DNA of 64,000 nt from the IMG/VR virus record IMGVR_UViG_3300035157_000972. One strand, given 5' to 3'. Source of the DNA: a virus. Shown piece after piece: positions 50,800 through 59,363 of this stretch. The position numbers were made by a program, and so were the translations under genes. Below the pieces are notes generated by a model. It had not been told where the DNA came from. It did not search any database and saw nothing but the letters and a program-made list of their open reading frames with translations. Every line of letters begins with the position of its first letter. Position 1 is the first letter of the stretch.

Positions 50800-50955
50800 A
50801 TGGAATCAGTAGACATTTCTGCATTCAAAGCAGTTCTATGGTGTTTCTATCCTATTGGTGCTCTTGTTTTTGTAGAATTGTTTCTACGTGCTTCTGATGA
50901 TGACGATGATGATCCGGAGGGTGGGATCATGACACCTGTATACAACCCTATATAA
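50800..50955 (+). CDS. 51-aa TM peptide with poly-Asp tail (not in ORF track)
   Basis: MESVDISAFKAVLWCFYPIGALVFVELFLRASDDDDDDPEGGIMTPVYNPI. Confidence 0.7.
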   Translation: MESVDISAFKAVLWCFYPIGALVFVELFLRASDDDDDDPEGGIMTPVYNPI

Positions 50956-50963
50956 AAAAACAC

Positions 50964-50988
50964 AAGACTCCTTCGGGAGTCTTTTTTT
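50964..50988 (+). terminator. Rho-independent terminator with cUUCGg loop
   Basis: AAGACTCC-TTCG-GGAGTCTT + T run. Confidence 0.9.
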
Positions 50989-51159
50989 ATGAAACCCATA
51001 TCAAACCCTCTCTGGTATACACCAGTCTTCCTTCTATTTCTCATTGCCCTTATAGAGGGAGTGCATACCATGGCACACTGGCATCAAAACCTAGATGTGC
51101 ATGGTTATTGCAAAGTGTATAATATGAAAAATCCTGATGCATATGATGAGGATTGGTGA
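50989..51159 (+). CDS. 56-aa membrane-anchored His-rich peptide (not in ORF track)
   Basis: MKPISNPLWYTPVFLLFLIALIEGVHTMAHWHQNLDVHGYCKVYNMKNPDAYDEDW. Confidence 0.6.
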   Translation: MKPISNPLWYTPVFLLFLIALIEGVHTMAHWHQNLDVHGYCKVYNMKNPDAYDEDW

Positions 51160-51195
51160 TAAGAAATGTTTATATATAAGATTATTTTTCCTTAC

Positions 51196-51224
51196 TTGAC
51201 AAAAGTGTAAAGTTTTGTTACGCT
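51196..51224 (+). promoter_or_regulatory. sigma70-type promoter of the hli cluster with overlapping HLR1-like repeat
   Basis: TTGACA-17 nt-TACGCT with TG extension; minus strand GTAACAAA-ac-TTTACACT at 51204-51221. Confidence 0.55.
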
Positions 51225-51250
51225 ATATATTAATATACAACAAAAAGTTT

Positions 51251-51451
51251 ATGACAGTTACAACAGAATCAGGCGGTCGCCAGAATGCATTTCCGACTGA
51301 AGTACAACCACGATTGGTCGAGAACTATGAGGGATACGGCAAGAATGCTGAAAGACTCAATGGTAGACTCGCTATGCTAGGATTGGTTGCAGGGTTCATA
51401 TCCTATGTAACTACAGGCAACTTTTTCTTCGGTGGAATCTTAGGATTCTAA
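51251..51451 (+). CDS. hli: High-light inducible protein
   Basis: AERLNGRLAMLG chlorophyll-binding motif; TTESGGRQN N-terminus. Confidence 0.93.
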   Translation: MTVTTESGGRQNAFPTEVQPRLVENYEGYGKNAERLNGRLAMLGLVAGFISYVTTGNFFFGGILGF

Positions 51452-51492
51452 CGATTGTCAACAAATTCACACAAACACAAAGGTAACACAAA

Positions 51493-51600
51493 ATGACTCC
51501 AGAAGCAGAAAGATTCAATGGATGGGCAGCAATGCTTGGTTTCGTAGCAGCAGTAGGTGCTTACGCAACAACAGGAAACATTATCCCCGGTATTTTCTAA
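51493..51600 (+). CDS. hli: High-light inducible protein, 35 aa (not in ORF track)
   Basis: MTPEAERFNGWAAMLGFVAAVGAYATTGNIIPGIF, Prochlorococcus multicopy type. Confidence 0.95.
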   Translation: MTPEAERFNGWAAMLGFVAAVGAYATTGNIIPGIF

Positions 51601-51722
51601 TGTCTGACAAAGATCAGAAAACAATTGCTGAAAAACTAAATGGCAGACTTGCCATGATCGGCATCATTGCAGGATTAGGTGCATACCTAACAACAGGTCA
51701 GATCATTCCCGGTTACGTGTAA
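51600..51722 (+). CDS. hli: High-light inducible protein, 40 aa
   Basis: AEKLNGRLAMIGIIAGLGAYLTTGQIIPG; TAATG coupling. Confidence 0.93.
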   Translation: MSDKDQKTIAEKLNGRLAMIGIIAGLGAYLTTGQIIPGYV

Positions 51723-51811
51723 TGACAAGACATCCAGTACCCCTCAAAGTTGTACCATATATCTTCATGGTGGCAGCAAGCATCAGTACTCTTACAGGTG
51801 TACTGGTCTAA
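51722..51811 (+). CDS. 29-aa hydrophobic peptide coupled to the hli cluster
   Basis: MTRHPVPLKVVPYIFMVAASISTLTGVLV; TAATG coupling. Confidence 0.5.
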   Translation: MTRHPVPLKVVPYIFMVAASISTLTGVLV

Positions 51812-51830
51812 TAACAAAACTGAATATTCA

Positions 51831-51860
51831 AAAAGCAGATCTTGACGGTCTGCTTTTTTT
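51831..51860 (+). terminator. Terminator closing the hli cluster
   Basis: AAAAGCAGA..TCTGCTTTT stem with T tail (A-run on the left makes it potentially bidirectional). Confidence 0.75.
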
Positions 51861-51870
51861 GTACTATAAT
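51842..51870 (+). promoter_or_regulatory. sigma70-type promoter for gp45, overlapping the terminator
   Basis: TTGACG-17 nt-TATAAT. Confidence 0.75.
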
Positions 51871-51889
51871 GAATTGAAACAATAAACTT

Positions 51890-52564
51890 ATGATGAAGTT
51901 ATCCGATAAAACGAAGGCAATCCTAAAGAACTTCACAGAGATAAATCAATCTCTGTCGTTCAAGAAAGGGAAGAAGATAAGAACTATCTCGCCGATGCAG
52001 AACATCCTTGCTGAAGCAACGATTGATGAAGAGATACCTTCAGACTTTGCAATCTATGATCTACCTCAGTTCATCACAACTATCGATGTCCTGTATAAAG
52101 ATCCAGATATAGACATTACATCAGAACAGTATGCTTCTATCAAGGAAGGTAAAGCAACTCGTTCAAAATATTTTTTCTCAGATCCTGATGTTATTATCTC
52201 ACCACCAGAAAAAGAGATGGCACTTCCTAGTGAAGAGGTATCTTTCAATCTTGATGAGAATCAGGTAAAGAAACTTATTCACTCTGCAAACATACTAGGT
52301 CTTCCTGATCTATCAGTTGTAGGTGAAGCAGGAGTTGTGAAGGTTGTTACAAGTGATCGTAGAAACGATACATCTAATGATTACACAATTGTAGTAGGAT
52401 CAACAGAGCATGAGTTCTCATTCAACTTCAAGATGGAGAACATCAAACTTATCAAAGGATCATATCAAGTCAGTATATCTAAGGCAAACCTCGCTAGATT
52501 CCACAACGTAGCATATAATCTCACATACTTCGTAGCACTAGAACCTGATTCTACTTACAACTAA
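51890..52564 (+). CDS. gp45: Sliding clamp gp45
   Basis: MKLS..T..ILKNF..INQS, DFAIYDL.QF, FNFKMENIK, YFVALEPDS. Confidence 0.95.
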   Translation: MMKLSDKTKAILKNFTEINQSLSFKKGKKIRTISPMQNILAEATIDEEIPSDFAIYDLPQFITTIDVLYKDPDIDITSEQYASIKEGKATRSKYFFSDPDVIISPPEKEMALPSEEVSFNLDENQVKKLIHSANILGLPDLSVVGEAGVVKVVTSDRRNDTSNDYTIVVGSTEHEFSFNFKMENIKLIKGSYQVSISKANLARFHNVAYNLTYFVALEPDSTYN

Positions 52565-53022
52565 TGTTTTGTGATCGTCTGAGTTTAGTTACTGGAGGTT
52601 TTGACCCTATTCACAGTGGTCATCTCCAGTATTTCAAAAGAGCAAAAGACCTTTCAAACTATCTTGTTGTAGGACTGAATGGAGATCCTTGGTTGAAGAG
52701 AAAGAAAGGACAATATTTCCAATGTTGGACAGAACGTGCAGACATTGTACGTCATCTTGACATGGTTGATGCTGTAATATCATGGGACGATGCTGATGAC
52801 TCTGCCTGTGGTGCTATAGCAAAGTGTTTAGAGATCTCCACAGAGGTTGTATTCTGTAATGGTGGCGACAGAGGTAAAACAAATACACCAGAGTATGAAA
52901 GATATAAGGATAATCCAAGAGTGTCATTTGAATTTGGTATTGGTGGCACTGATAAAATGAATAGTAGTTCTTGGATACTGCATGGATATTTTGAACGTCA
53001 ACGTAAATTATTAGGAATATAA
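52564..53022 (+). CDS. Cytidylyltransferase-like (HxGH) protein
   Basis: VTGGFDPIHSGH, VVGLN.D.WL.RKKG, FCNGGDR, K.NSSS. Confidence 0.88.
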   Translation: MFCDRLSLVTGGFDPIHSGHLQYFKRAKDLSNYLVVGLNGDPWLKRKKGQYFQCWTERADIVRHLDMVDAVISWDDADDSACGAIAKCLEISTEVVFCNGGDRGKTNTPEYERYKDNPRVSFEFGIGGTDKMNSSSWILHGYFERQRKLLGI

Positions 53023-53675
53023 TGTTTGAACTGAGTGATAACCTAAAAGTTGACACTGAAACATTTCAAGGTTCTAAAATTTTTACAATTGATAATTTTT
53101 ACAAAGATCCCGAAGAAGTATCTGACTATCTTTTCAATAGAGAAGTTCCTTTATGGAAGATAGAAGAGAGTCCATCATATAATGGTGTAAGATTTGAAGA
53201 TAGAAGACTAAAACTATATGATAAAAGATTACAACCAGTAATTAATTTTTTATGTGAGTTGACATCTCAAAAACCTTTATTGCATGACATCACAACAAAT
53301 CAATCTAGATTTTATAAACATGATTTCAATGATTATAAAAATTGTGTCTGGTGGCCACATGTAGATAATGGATATAATGGGATTGTCTTTTTCAATAAAA
53401 ATGATACTGAGTGTGGAACTAATCTGTATTCACAAACTATTGACTCTAGTGAAAAAACCTATTATAATTTACCAGAGCACTCTGCTCCATGGAGACCAAA
53501 AGAAAACTATGAAAAAATAAAAACACTAACTCCAAAATATAATAGATTAGTTTTATTTGACGGACTCAAATTTCCTCATGGTATGAACATCACAAATGAT
53601 AGATATTTTTCAGAGGAGTATAGAATTAATCAAGTGTTCTTTTTCAGACCCATACGTAAACTTTCAATCAAATGA
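53022..53675 (+). CDS. 2OG-Fe(II) oxygenase-like protein
   Basis: IDNFYKDP, PHVD (HxD), GTNLY, YNRLVLFDG...HG, R.NQVFF. Confidence 0.75.
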   Translation: MFELSDNLKVDTETFQGSKIFTIDNFYKDPEEVSDYLFNREVPLWKIEESPSYNGVRFEDRRLKLYDKRLQPVINFLCELTSQKPLLHDITTNQSRFYKHDFNDYKNCVWWPHVDNGYNGIVFFNKNDTECGTNLYSQTIDSSEKTYYNLPEHSAPWRPKENYEKIKTLTPKYNRLVLFDGLKFPHGMNITNDRYFSEEYRINQVFFFRPIRKLSIK

Positions 53676-53818
53676 TCCCACACGGTACAGCAGATCCATC
53701 TATCACACTGCCAATATCAATAGCAGTGTTGACTATATTATTATCAGGTTATGGAATCTATAAAGGATTCTTTGCCAATCAAAATCTTACAGACCCATGG
53801 GATGATCATGATGACTGA
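53672..53818 (+). CDS. psbN: Photosystem assembly factor PsbN (not in ORF track)
   Basis: MIPHGTADPSITLPISIAVLTILLSGYGIYKGFFANQNLTDPWDDHDD: one TM helix plus the L.DP(W/F)(D/E)(D/E)H.D C-terminus of PsbN. Confidence 0.85.
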   Translation: MIPHGTADPSITLPISIAVLTILLSGYGIYKGFFANQNLTDPWDDHDD

Positions 53819-53999
53819 ACTCAGAAACAAATTAAATCTCAAAGAGTGTGATTTTCTAATCGATGTTCTTATGACAGATAGATCAAAACAGACTGGTACA
53901 ATTGCTTCAATTTATAAAGTAGATGTACCATTGCTTGTACAAAAACTAGCAGGACAGGGTGATATGCTAGAGGGGGTGTATAACGAATTCAATGACTGA
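53811..53999 (+). CDS. Small hypothetical protein
   Basis: MTELRNKLNLKECDF...; start moved to 53811 so it does not overlap psbN. Confidence 0.55.
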   Translation: MTELRNKLNLKECDFLIDVLMTDRSKQTGTIASIYKVDVPLLVQKLAGQGDMLEGVYNEFND

Positions 54000-54309
54000 A
54001 TTTTGGAAGATCTGGAAATATGCTCTAGGATCTTTCCAAGATGAAACCACAAAAGATTATGATAATATAATATGTGTTATCAGAACTATGATATTCTTAC
54101 AACTTGTTATCACCAACTCATTCATCATTGCCGGTAATGTCCGACACTGGAATGATCATCACACACCACCAACCTATGAAAGACCAGAACAGTATCCCGA
54201 AAGAAGACCAAGACCAGAGATGGAACCGTGCTCTCGATATCTTTATAGAGAGTGTTCACAAACCAGACCATGCATTGAGAGGTTGTGCTCACAACCAGAA
54301 GTGCTATAA
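53992..54309 (+). CDS. Small membrane protein of cyanophage type
   Basis: WKIWKYALGSF.DE.T..YDN...IRT...VITN.FIIAGNVRHWN. Confidence 0.6.
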   Translation: MTEFWKIWKYALGSFQDETTKDYDNIICVIRTMIFLQLVITNSFIIAGNVRHWNDHHTPPTYERPEQYPERRPRPEMEPCSRYLYRECSQTRPCIERLCSQPEVL

Positions 54310-54367
54310 TGAACTCATGTGGATTCGAGATGACATTATAGAACATCTTCGAGATCTTCGCAGGTAA
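54176..54367 (+). CDS. Small hypothetical protein
   Basis: RWNRALDIFIESVHKPD..LRGCAHNQKCYNELM.IR. Confidence 0.65.
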   Translation: MKDQNSIPKEDQDQRWNRALDIFIESVHKPDHALRGCAHNQKCYNELMWIRDDIIEHLRDLRR

Positions 54368-54381
54368 ATTATTTTTTTATT

Positions 54382-54465
54382 ATGAACAACTACGGTCTTG
54401 AAATTTTATTCTGGGTTACACTATGTTTGTTTCTTGTATACCAGTATGAGGAGTCTAAGAAATGA
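54382..54465 (+). CDS. 27-aa TM peptide
   Basis: MNNYGLEILFWVTLCLFLVYQYEESKK; ATGA coupling to next gene. Confidence 0.45.
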   Translation: MNNYGLEILFWVTLCLFLVYQYEESKK

Positions 54466-54965
54466 ATATATTTGTTACTGATCCATCAGCAGTCAAATCT
54501 GCACAAGTATTACCTGACAAACATATTGTCAAGATGCCACTAGAAACATGTCAGATGCTATCTATTGTAGCGTCAGATAAGTGGGGTTATGGTTTTGGTA
54601 CATTACCTAAACTAGATGGCACACCATACAAGACAGAGCATGGTGCATTTCGTAACCATCCCTGCACAATATGGGCACAAACAAATTTCACATGGTTGAT
54701 TCTACATGGTCTTGCATTATGCAATGAGTATACCCACAGATATGGTAAGAAGCATAGTTGTCAATCTACTATAGAACACGCTGTAAAAATATTTCCACCT
54801 CAAGATTCTGATCCTACAGAGTTTGTATTTGCAGGACCTGATGAGTTCAAGCATGATGATAGTAAAGACATCTTTACAAAATACAAAGATTATATTTTTT
54901 CAAAACCATGGGCAAGAGATAACTATCTACGTGACCCATCGAGAAGACCAGAATGGATGTGGTAA
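54462..54965 (+). CDS. Pyrimidine-dimer DNA glycosylase / endonuclease V-like protein
   Basis: MNIFVT, DKHIVKMPLET.QMLS, NHPCTIW, EYTHRYGKKH. Confidence 0.8.
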   Translation: MNIFVTDPSAVKSAQVLPDKHIVKMPLETCQMLSIVASDKWGYGFGTLPKLDGTPYKTEHGAFRNHPCTIWAQTNFTWLILHGLALCNEYTHRYGKKHSCQSTIEHAVKIFPPQDSDPTEFVFAGPDEFKHDDSKDIFTKYKDYIFSKPWARDNYLRDPSRRPEWMW

Positions 54966-55486
54966 AAAATAGGTGCATGGTCAATATGCCTGTATATTCT
55001 ATGCAATTGGATATTGACAATGACCAACTTATCAAGGATATAAAACATCACAGGGAAAACTTTCCAGAAGGTGAAGAATCTAATGTGAAAGCATGGAGAA
55101 GTTCATACAAAACACACGAGCAAACTAGACTTTTCGATCCATACATTCATAAAATTTTAGAGGGTGCAGAGAGAGCAAGACGGTGTGATCCTGATTTTTT
55201 TAGTTGCTTACCTTATTGCACTTATACAGTGCATGATTTCTGGGCACTGATGTATGAGGAGGGTGATCATACACAAAGGCACACTCATTATCCTATCACA
55301 TGGGCATCTTGTTATTATGCATATGCAGATGAGGATGCTGCACCTATAAGATTTGACACGTTGCGAATCAAACCGAAATCTGGTACACTATTATTATGGC
55401 ACGGTTCTCTCTTTCATTCTGTTCCTAAGACACAAGGAAAGAGAATTGCTGTTTCTGCAAACTTGATTATCAAAGACTGGGGATGA
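54953..55486 (+). CDS. Putative 2OG-Fe(II) oxygenase
   Basis: W...Y..GD....HTH, PKSGTLLLW.GSLFHSV, RIAVSAN. Confidence 0.75.
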   Translation: MDVVKNRCMVNMPVYSMQLDIDNDQLIKDIKHHRENFPEGEESNVKAWRSSYKTHEQTRLFDPYIHKILEGAERARRCDPDFFSCLPYCTYTVHDFWALMYEEGDHTQRHTHYPITWASCYYAYADEDAAPIRFDTLRIKPKSGTLLLWHGSLFHSVPKTQGKRIAVSANLIIKDWG

Positions 55487-56424
55487 GTGATTTTATATGG
55501 GTTGAAAAATACAGACCCAAAACAATTGATGAATGTATTCTGCCTGAGAGAATCAAGAAAACATTCAATGACTTTCTAGAGAAAGGTGAACTACCTAACA
55601 TGCTCCTATCTGGACCTCCCGGTATAGGAAAGACCACTGTGGCAAAAGCATTGTGCAAACAGATGGGACTAGATAGTTATGTTATAAACGGATCGGATGA
55701 AGGCAGGTTTCTCGACACCGTGCGTAATCAAGCTAAGAGTTTCGCCTCAACTGTTTCCCTTACGTCAAGGGGCAAGCATAAGGTTATTATCATTGACGAG
55801 GCAGACAACACCACCCATGATGTTCAATTACTTCTTAGGGCGAATGTTGAACAGTTTTATAAAAACTGCAGATTCATTTTTACGTGCAATTACAAGAACA
55901 GAATTATAGAACCATTGCATTCTAGATGTACGGTTATAGATTTTAGTGTAGATGGTAAAGAGAAACAGACTATAGCAGCACAATTCTTCAAAAGATTGAA
56001 CGAGATATTATCTTTAGAAGGAGTTACAGCAGATAAAAAAGTATTAGCAACAGTAATTCAAACACACTTCCCTGATTGGAGGAGAGTTCTGAATGAGGTA
56101 CAGAGATATGCAGCAGGAGGAGAGATTGATACTGGTTTATTATCTAAACTATCAGACGTAAACACAAAAGAATTGATGGGATATCTTGAGAAGAAAGACT
56201 TCCCTAATGTAAGAAAGTGGATTGTACAGAACTTAGATAATGATCCCAACACAATACTGAGAAATATCTACGATTCATTGTATAATGTATTGAAACCTGC
56301 TACCATACCACATGCGGTATTAGTTGTGGCAAAGTATCAATATCAAGGTGCTTTTGTCGCCGATCAAGAAATCAATCTCTTGGCAGCAATGACCGAAATC
56401 ATGATGGAATGTGAATTCAAATGA
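55483..56424 (+). CDS. gp44: Clamp loader large subunit gp44
   Basis: WVEKYRP, GPPGIGKTT, IIIDEAD, PLHSRC, FPDWRR. Confidence 0.97.
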   Translation: MSDFIWVEKYRPKTIDECILPERIKKTFNDFLEKGELPNMLLSGPPGIGKTTVAKALCKQMGLDSYVINGSDEGRFLDTVRNQAKSFASTVSLTSRGKHKVIIIDEADNTTHDVQLLLRANVEQFYKNCRFIFTCNYKNRIIEPLHSRCTVIDFSVDGKEKQTIAAQFFKRLNEILSLEGVTADKKVLATVIQTHFPDWRRVLNEVQRYAAGGEIDTGLLSKLSDVNTKELMGYLEKKDFPNVRKWIVQNLDNDPNTILRNIYDSLYNVLKPATIPHAVLVVAKYQYQGAFVADQEINLLAAMTEIMMECEFK

Positions 56425-56582
56425 CTAAAAAAAGAACTCAAAACAAAGAAAATTATTACTACTTCTTTTGGATTGTAGCAATGATTGCATTTATTGTCCC
56501 TCAAGTTTTTACAGCATATGCATACATGGAAATTCTTGATATACTAGAGACAGGTAAAGTGGAGGTAAAACTTATTAAGTGA
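56421..56582 (+). CDS. 53-aa TM peptide (not in ORF track)
   Basis: MTKKRTQNKENYYYFFWIVAMIAFIVPQVFTAYAY...; coupled by ATGA and GTGA overlaps. Confidence 0.6.
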   Translation: MTKKRTQNKENYYYFFWIVAMIAFIVPQVFTAYAYMEILDILETGKVEVKLIK

Positions 56583-57466
56583 ATAATCTCAAGACACCAT
56601 TACGATATCCCGGTGGTAAGTCTAGAGCAGTTGGTAAAATCAAGAACTTCTTTCCCAATCTTTCAAACTGCAAGGAGTATCGTGAACCATTCCTAGGTGG
56701 TGGTTCTGTAGCACTACACATTAGTACTACCTTCCCACATTTGAACATCTGGGTCAATGATTTATACGAACCATTGACAAACTTTTGGCAAATCTTACAG
56801 AAACAAGGCGATGAAATTGCGACCAAACTCAAAGATATCAAAACAAACACCTCCGACTTCAGAGTACTCTTCGAGGATAGCAAGTCTATTCTACATGATA
56901 GAGGACTTACCGATCTCGAACGTGCTATTGCTTTCTATATCGTCAATAAGTGTAGTTTCAGTGGTCTTACTGAGTCTTCTTCTTTTTCAGAGCAAGCATC
57001 AAGACAAAACTTCACAGTGCGAGGTATTACCAAACTACCCCAGTATAGTAGAATCATCCAACGATGGACGATTACAAATGACTCCTATGAAATTTTACTA
57101 ACAGATCTTGTAAATGCTTTTGTATATCTTGATCCACCATACGAGATAGATTCAAACTTGTATGGTAAGAAGGGTGACATGCATGAGAGTTTTGATCATG
57201 ATAAGTTTGCAGAAAAATGTGATAATAGAGTTGCAAAGATGCTTATATCTTACAATTCATCACAACTCATCAAGGACAGGTTCAATAGTTGGTCAGCATC
57301 TGAGTATTCTCATACCTATACTATGAGATCTGTTGGTGATTATATGTCCAAACAAAAACAAAGAAAGGAATTATTACTTTTTAATTACAACAAAGAACCA
57401 AAAATACAATTCTCATTTGGGGGTTGCTATAACTATGATAAACTCAACTCATCAGGAATGACATGA
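56579..57466 (+). CDS. dam: DNA adenine methyltransferase, Dam/D12 class
   Basis: PLRYPGGKS, YREPFLGGGS, YLDPPY; GATC is abundant in the window. Confidence 0.92.
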   Translation: MNNLKTPLRYPGGKSRAVGKIKNFFPNLSNCKEYREPFLGGGSVALHISTTFPHLNIWVNDLYEPLTNFWQILQKQGDEIATKLKDIKTNTSDFRVLFEDSKSILHDRGLTDLERAIAFYIVNKCSFSGLTESSSFSEQASRQNFTVRGITKLPQYSRIIQRWTITNDSYEILLTDLVNAFVYLDPPYEIDSNLYGKKGDMHESFDHDKFAEKCDNRVAKMLISYNSSQLIKDRFNSWSASEYSHTYTMRSVGDYMSKQKQRKELLLFNYNKEPKIQFSFGGCYNYDKLNSSGMT

Positions 57467-57642
57467 ACCCAGAAGAAGAGAATCCATTTTGGGGTGAACC
57501 CACTCCTACTGATTTGTGGGATGACATGAAGAAACTAAATGAGTGCTATGAGAAACTTGGGTGGACTCATTTTGATTATCTAGAAATTGCTATCGAAGGT
57601 AATCATGTTACAATAAGGAACAAGTCAAAAGAAGGTAGATGA
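57463..57642 (+). CDS. 59-aa hypothetical protein, weak AbrB/MazE-like pattern (not in ORF track)
   Basis: ...YEKLGWTHFDYLEIAIEGNHVTIRNKS; ATGA overlaps at both ends. Confidence 0.6.
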   Translation: MNPEEENPFWGEPTPTDLWDDMKKLNECYEKLGWTHFDYLEIAIEGNHVTIRNKSKEGR

Positions 57643-58025
57643 AACCCGAACTGAAGGATTGGTTGAACTCAATCAACTACAAAAAGAATAATTTGTTTGA
57701 CGATCCAGAGGTTACTGACTCAATGTATCCTGCATTTATAGTCAACAGATGCATGGCAGGTCACATGGATGCTGTACTATATGCCAATGAGATGAATATA
57801 TACAATTCTTTAGATAAGAGACTACAGTACGACTTTTTACTAAATATTTTACGATCTCGGAAAAGATTCTCTCCTTGGATTAGAAAGGAAGAATTGGACA
57901 ATCTTGAACTAATCAAGAAATACTATCGCTACAGTGATGAAAAGGCAAAGCAAGTCCTCACCATACTTACCGAAGATCAGTTGAAATTCATTAGAAAAAA
58001 ACTTGACACTGGAGGATTGAGATGA
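57639..58025 (+). CDS. gp62: Clamp loader small subunit gp62
   Basis: LKDWLNSIN, YPAFIVNRC, LQYDFLLN, RKRFSPW, LDTGG. Confidence 0.95.
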   Translation: MKPELKDWLNSINYKKNNLFDDPEVTDSMYPAFIVNRCMAGHMDAVLYANEMNIYNSLDKRLQYDFLLNILRSRKRFSPWIRKEELDNLELIKKYYRYSDEKAKQVLTILTEDQLKFIRKKLDTGGLR

Positions 58026-58459
58026 GCGTGGTGATTGAACCAGAATACGACTGGTCGCCAAATAAAATGATCGAGGTTGCACTTGCAGAACCTGATGATT
58101 TTTTGAAAGTAAGAGAAACACTAACAAGAATTGGGGTAGCATCCCGTAAAGAGAAGAAGTTATATCAAAGTTGTCATATATTACACAAACAAGGTAAGTA
58201 TTTTATAGTTCACTTCAAGGAACTTTTTGCTTTAGATGGTAAAAAGGCAAATCTAAGCATCAATGACTTTCAAAGAAGAAATAGAATTGTACAATTACTA
58301 GCAGATTGGGGTCTGGTCAACGTATTATCATCAGACTTAGTAAATGATATAGCACCACTCAATCAGATAAAGGTAATATCATACAAGGAAAAAGGAGATT
58401 GGAAATTAGAAACGAAATATAATATCGGTAAAAGAAAAACTACTGAATCTTCTGAATAG
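58022..58459 (+). CDS. regA: Translational repressor RegA
   Basis: PDDFLKVRETLTRIGVASR, LYQSCHILHKQG.YFIVHFKELFALDG. Confidence 0.97.
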   Translation: MSVVIEPEYDWSPNKMIEVALAEPDDFLKVRETLTRIGVASRKEKKLYQSCHILHKQGKYFIVHFKELFALDGKKANLSINDFQRRNRIVQLLADWGLVNVLSSDLVNDIAPLNQIKVISYKEKGDWKLETKYNIGKRKTTESSE

Positions 58460-59363
58460 AATGAGCATGTAAGATATCTTCTTGCTCGTACACTTTATCA
58501 GTAAATGGCGTGATTACTTTGTAGTCACGCTTATTTTGTCCACATTTTTTTCTGCATAGTGGATCTTTGAAAGTCTTTATAGTATCCCAGTAAGTTTTCC
58601 ATTCTTTAGAATGTAATAGATCATGTAAACTATCATAGTCACGTATATTAGGAACAGTCTGGGTGTTCTCATAGTGTGCTGCCATCCAACAACATGGGAA
58701 TACGTTACCTCTTGCTGTAATAAAGAGTCTTTTTCTTTCAAGACATATTGGTATAACCTTACTGAAGAATCTTCTTCCTATTTTGTGAGTGCCGACACCT
58801 CGTTCAGCGTTTCTATTAGAATATATTGTATAGAAATGTTTGAATCCCATATCTTCTGCCATCTCCATAGCGGTGTCTCGTTGGTTCTCATTCCAGTTGA
58901 ACTGAACCATAGACCAAACTGCCCATCCACCGGCATTTATGAGTGCTGTAGCGTTTTCTAGAGTCTTTTCCCACACACAGTTGACTCTATAATATTCATA
59001 TGTCTCTTTATCTGCACCATCAAGAGCAAATAATACGGGATTATCTCCCATATGTTTTGCTAATTCTGTCCAGTATGATGGTTTATGTGCTGATCCATTT
59101 GTAAAAAGTCTTACTTTTATATCATTTTCTACTAAGTGATCTAAAATAGGGAACAAATGTCTATTAGCAGTGGCATCTCCATAGTTTCCACACATCTCTA
59201 GTGATTTTATATCTGACTTTGTTATCTTTTTGATATCATCTACTGTCAAATCTGTACTGATAACCCTACCTTTTTCATTCCTAGAACAAAAAAGACAAGC
59301 AGCATTACACTTATCGGTCAAATCTATCTGGATATCCGTCCATATGACTTCGGATTCCACCAT
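58440..59363 (-). CDS. Radical SAM enzyme with Cys-containing SPASM/twitch-like C-terminal domain
   Basis: CNAACLFC (CxxxCxxC), CGNYGD, FTNGS, FALDG...Y..YR; C-terminal C...FITARGNVFPCC...CRKKC. Confidence 0.88.
   Translation of the reverse strand: MVESEVIWTDIQIDLTDKCNAACLFCSRNEKGRVISTDLTVDDIKKITKSDIKSLEMCGNYGDATANRHLFPILDHLVENDIKVRLFTNGSAHKPSYWTELAKHMGDNPVLFALDGADKETYEYYRVNCVWEKTLENATALINAGGWAVWSMVQFNWNENQRDTAMEMAEDMGFKHFYTIYSNRNAERGVGTHKIGRRFFSKVIPICLERKRLFITARGNVFPCCWMAAHYENTQTVPNIRDYDSLHDLLHSKEWKTYWDTIKTFKDPLCRKKCGQNKRDYKVITPFTDKVYEQEDILHAHSIQKIQ

Noticed and set aside
51207-51221. NtcA box at the hli promoter
   Set aside because: Spacing is GTA-N9-TAC, not N8; better explained as an HLR1-like repeat
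51522-51599. N-terminal part of track ORF 51522-51722
   Set aside because: Out-of-frame overlap with the real 35-aa hli at 51493-51600; the third hli starts at 51600
53751-53810. N-terminal part of track ORF 53751-53999
   Set aside because: Overlaps psbN in another frame; ATG 53811 is the better start
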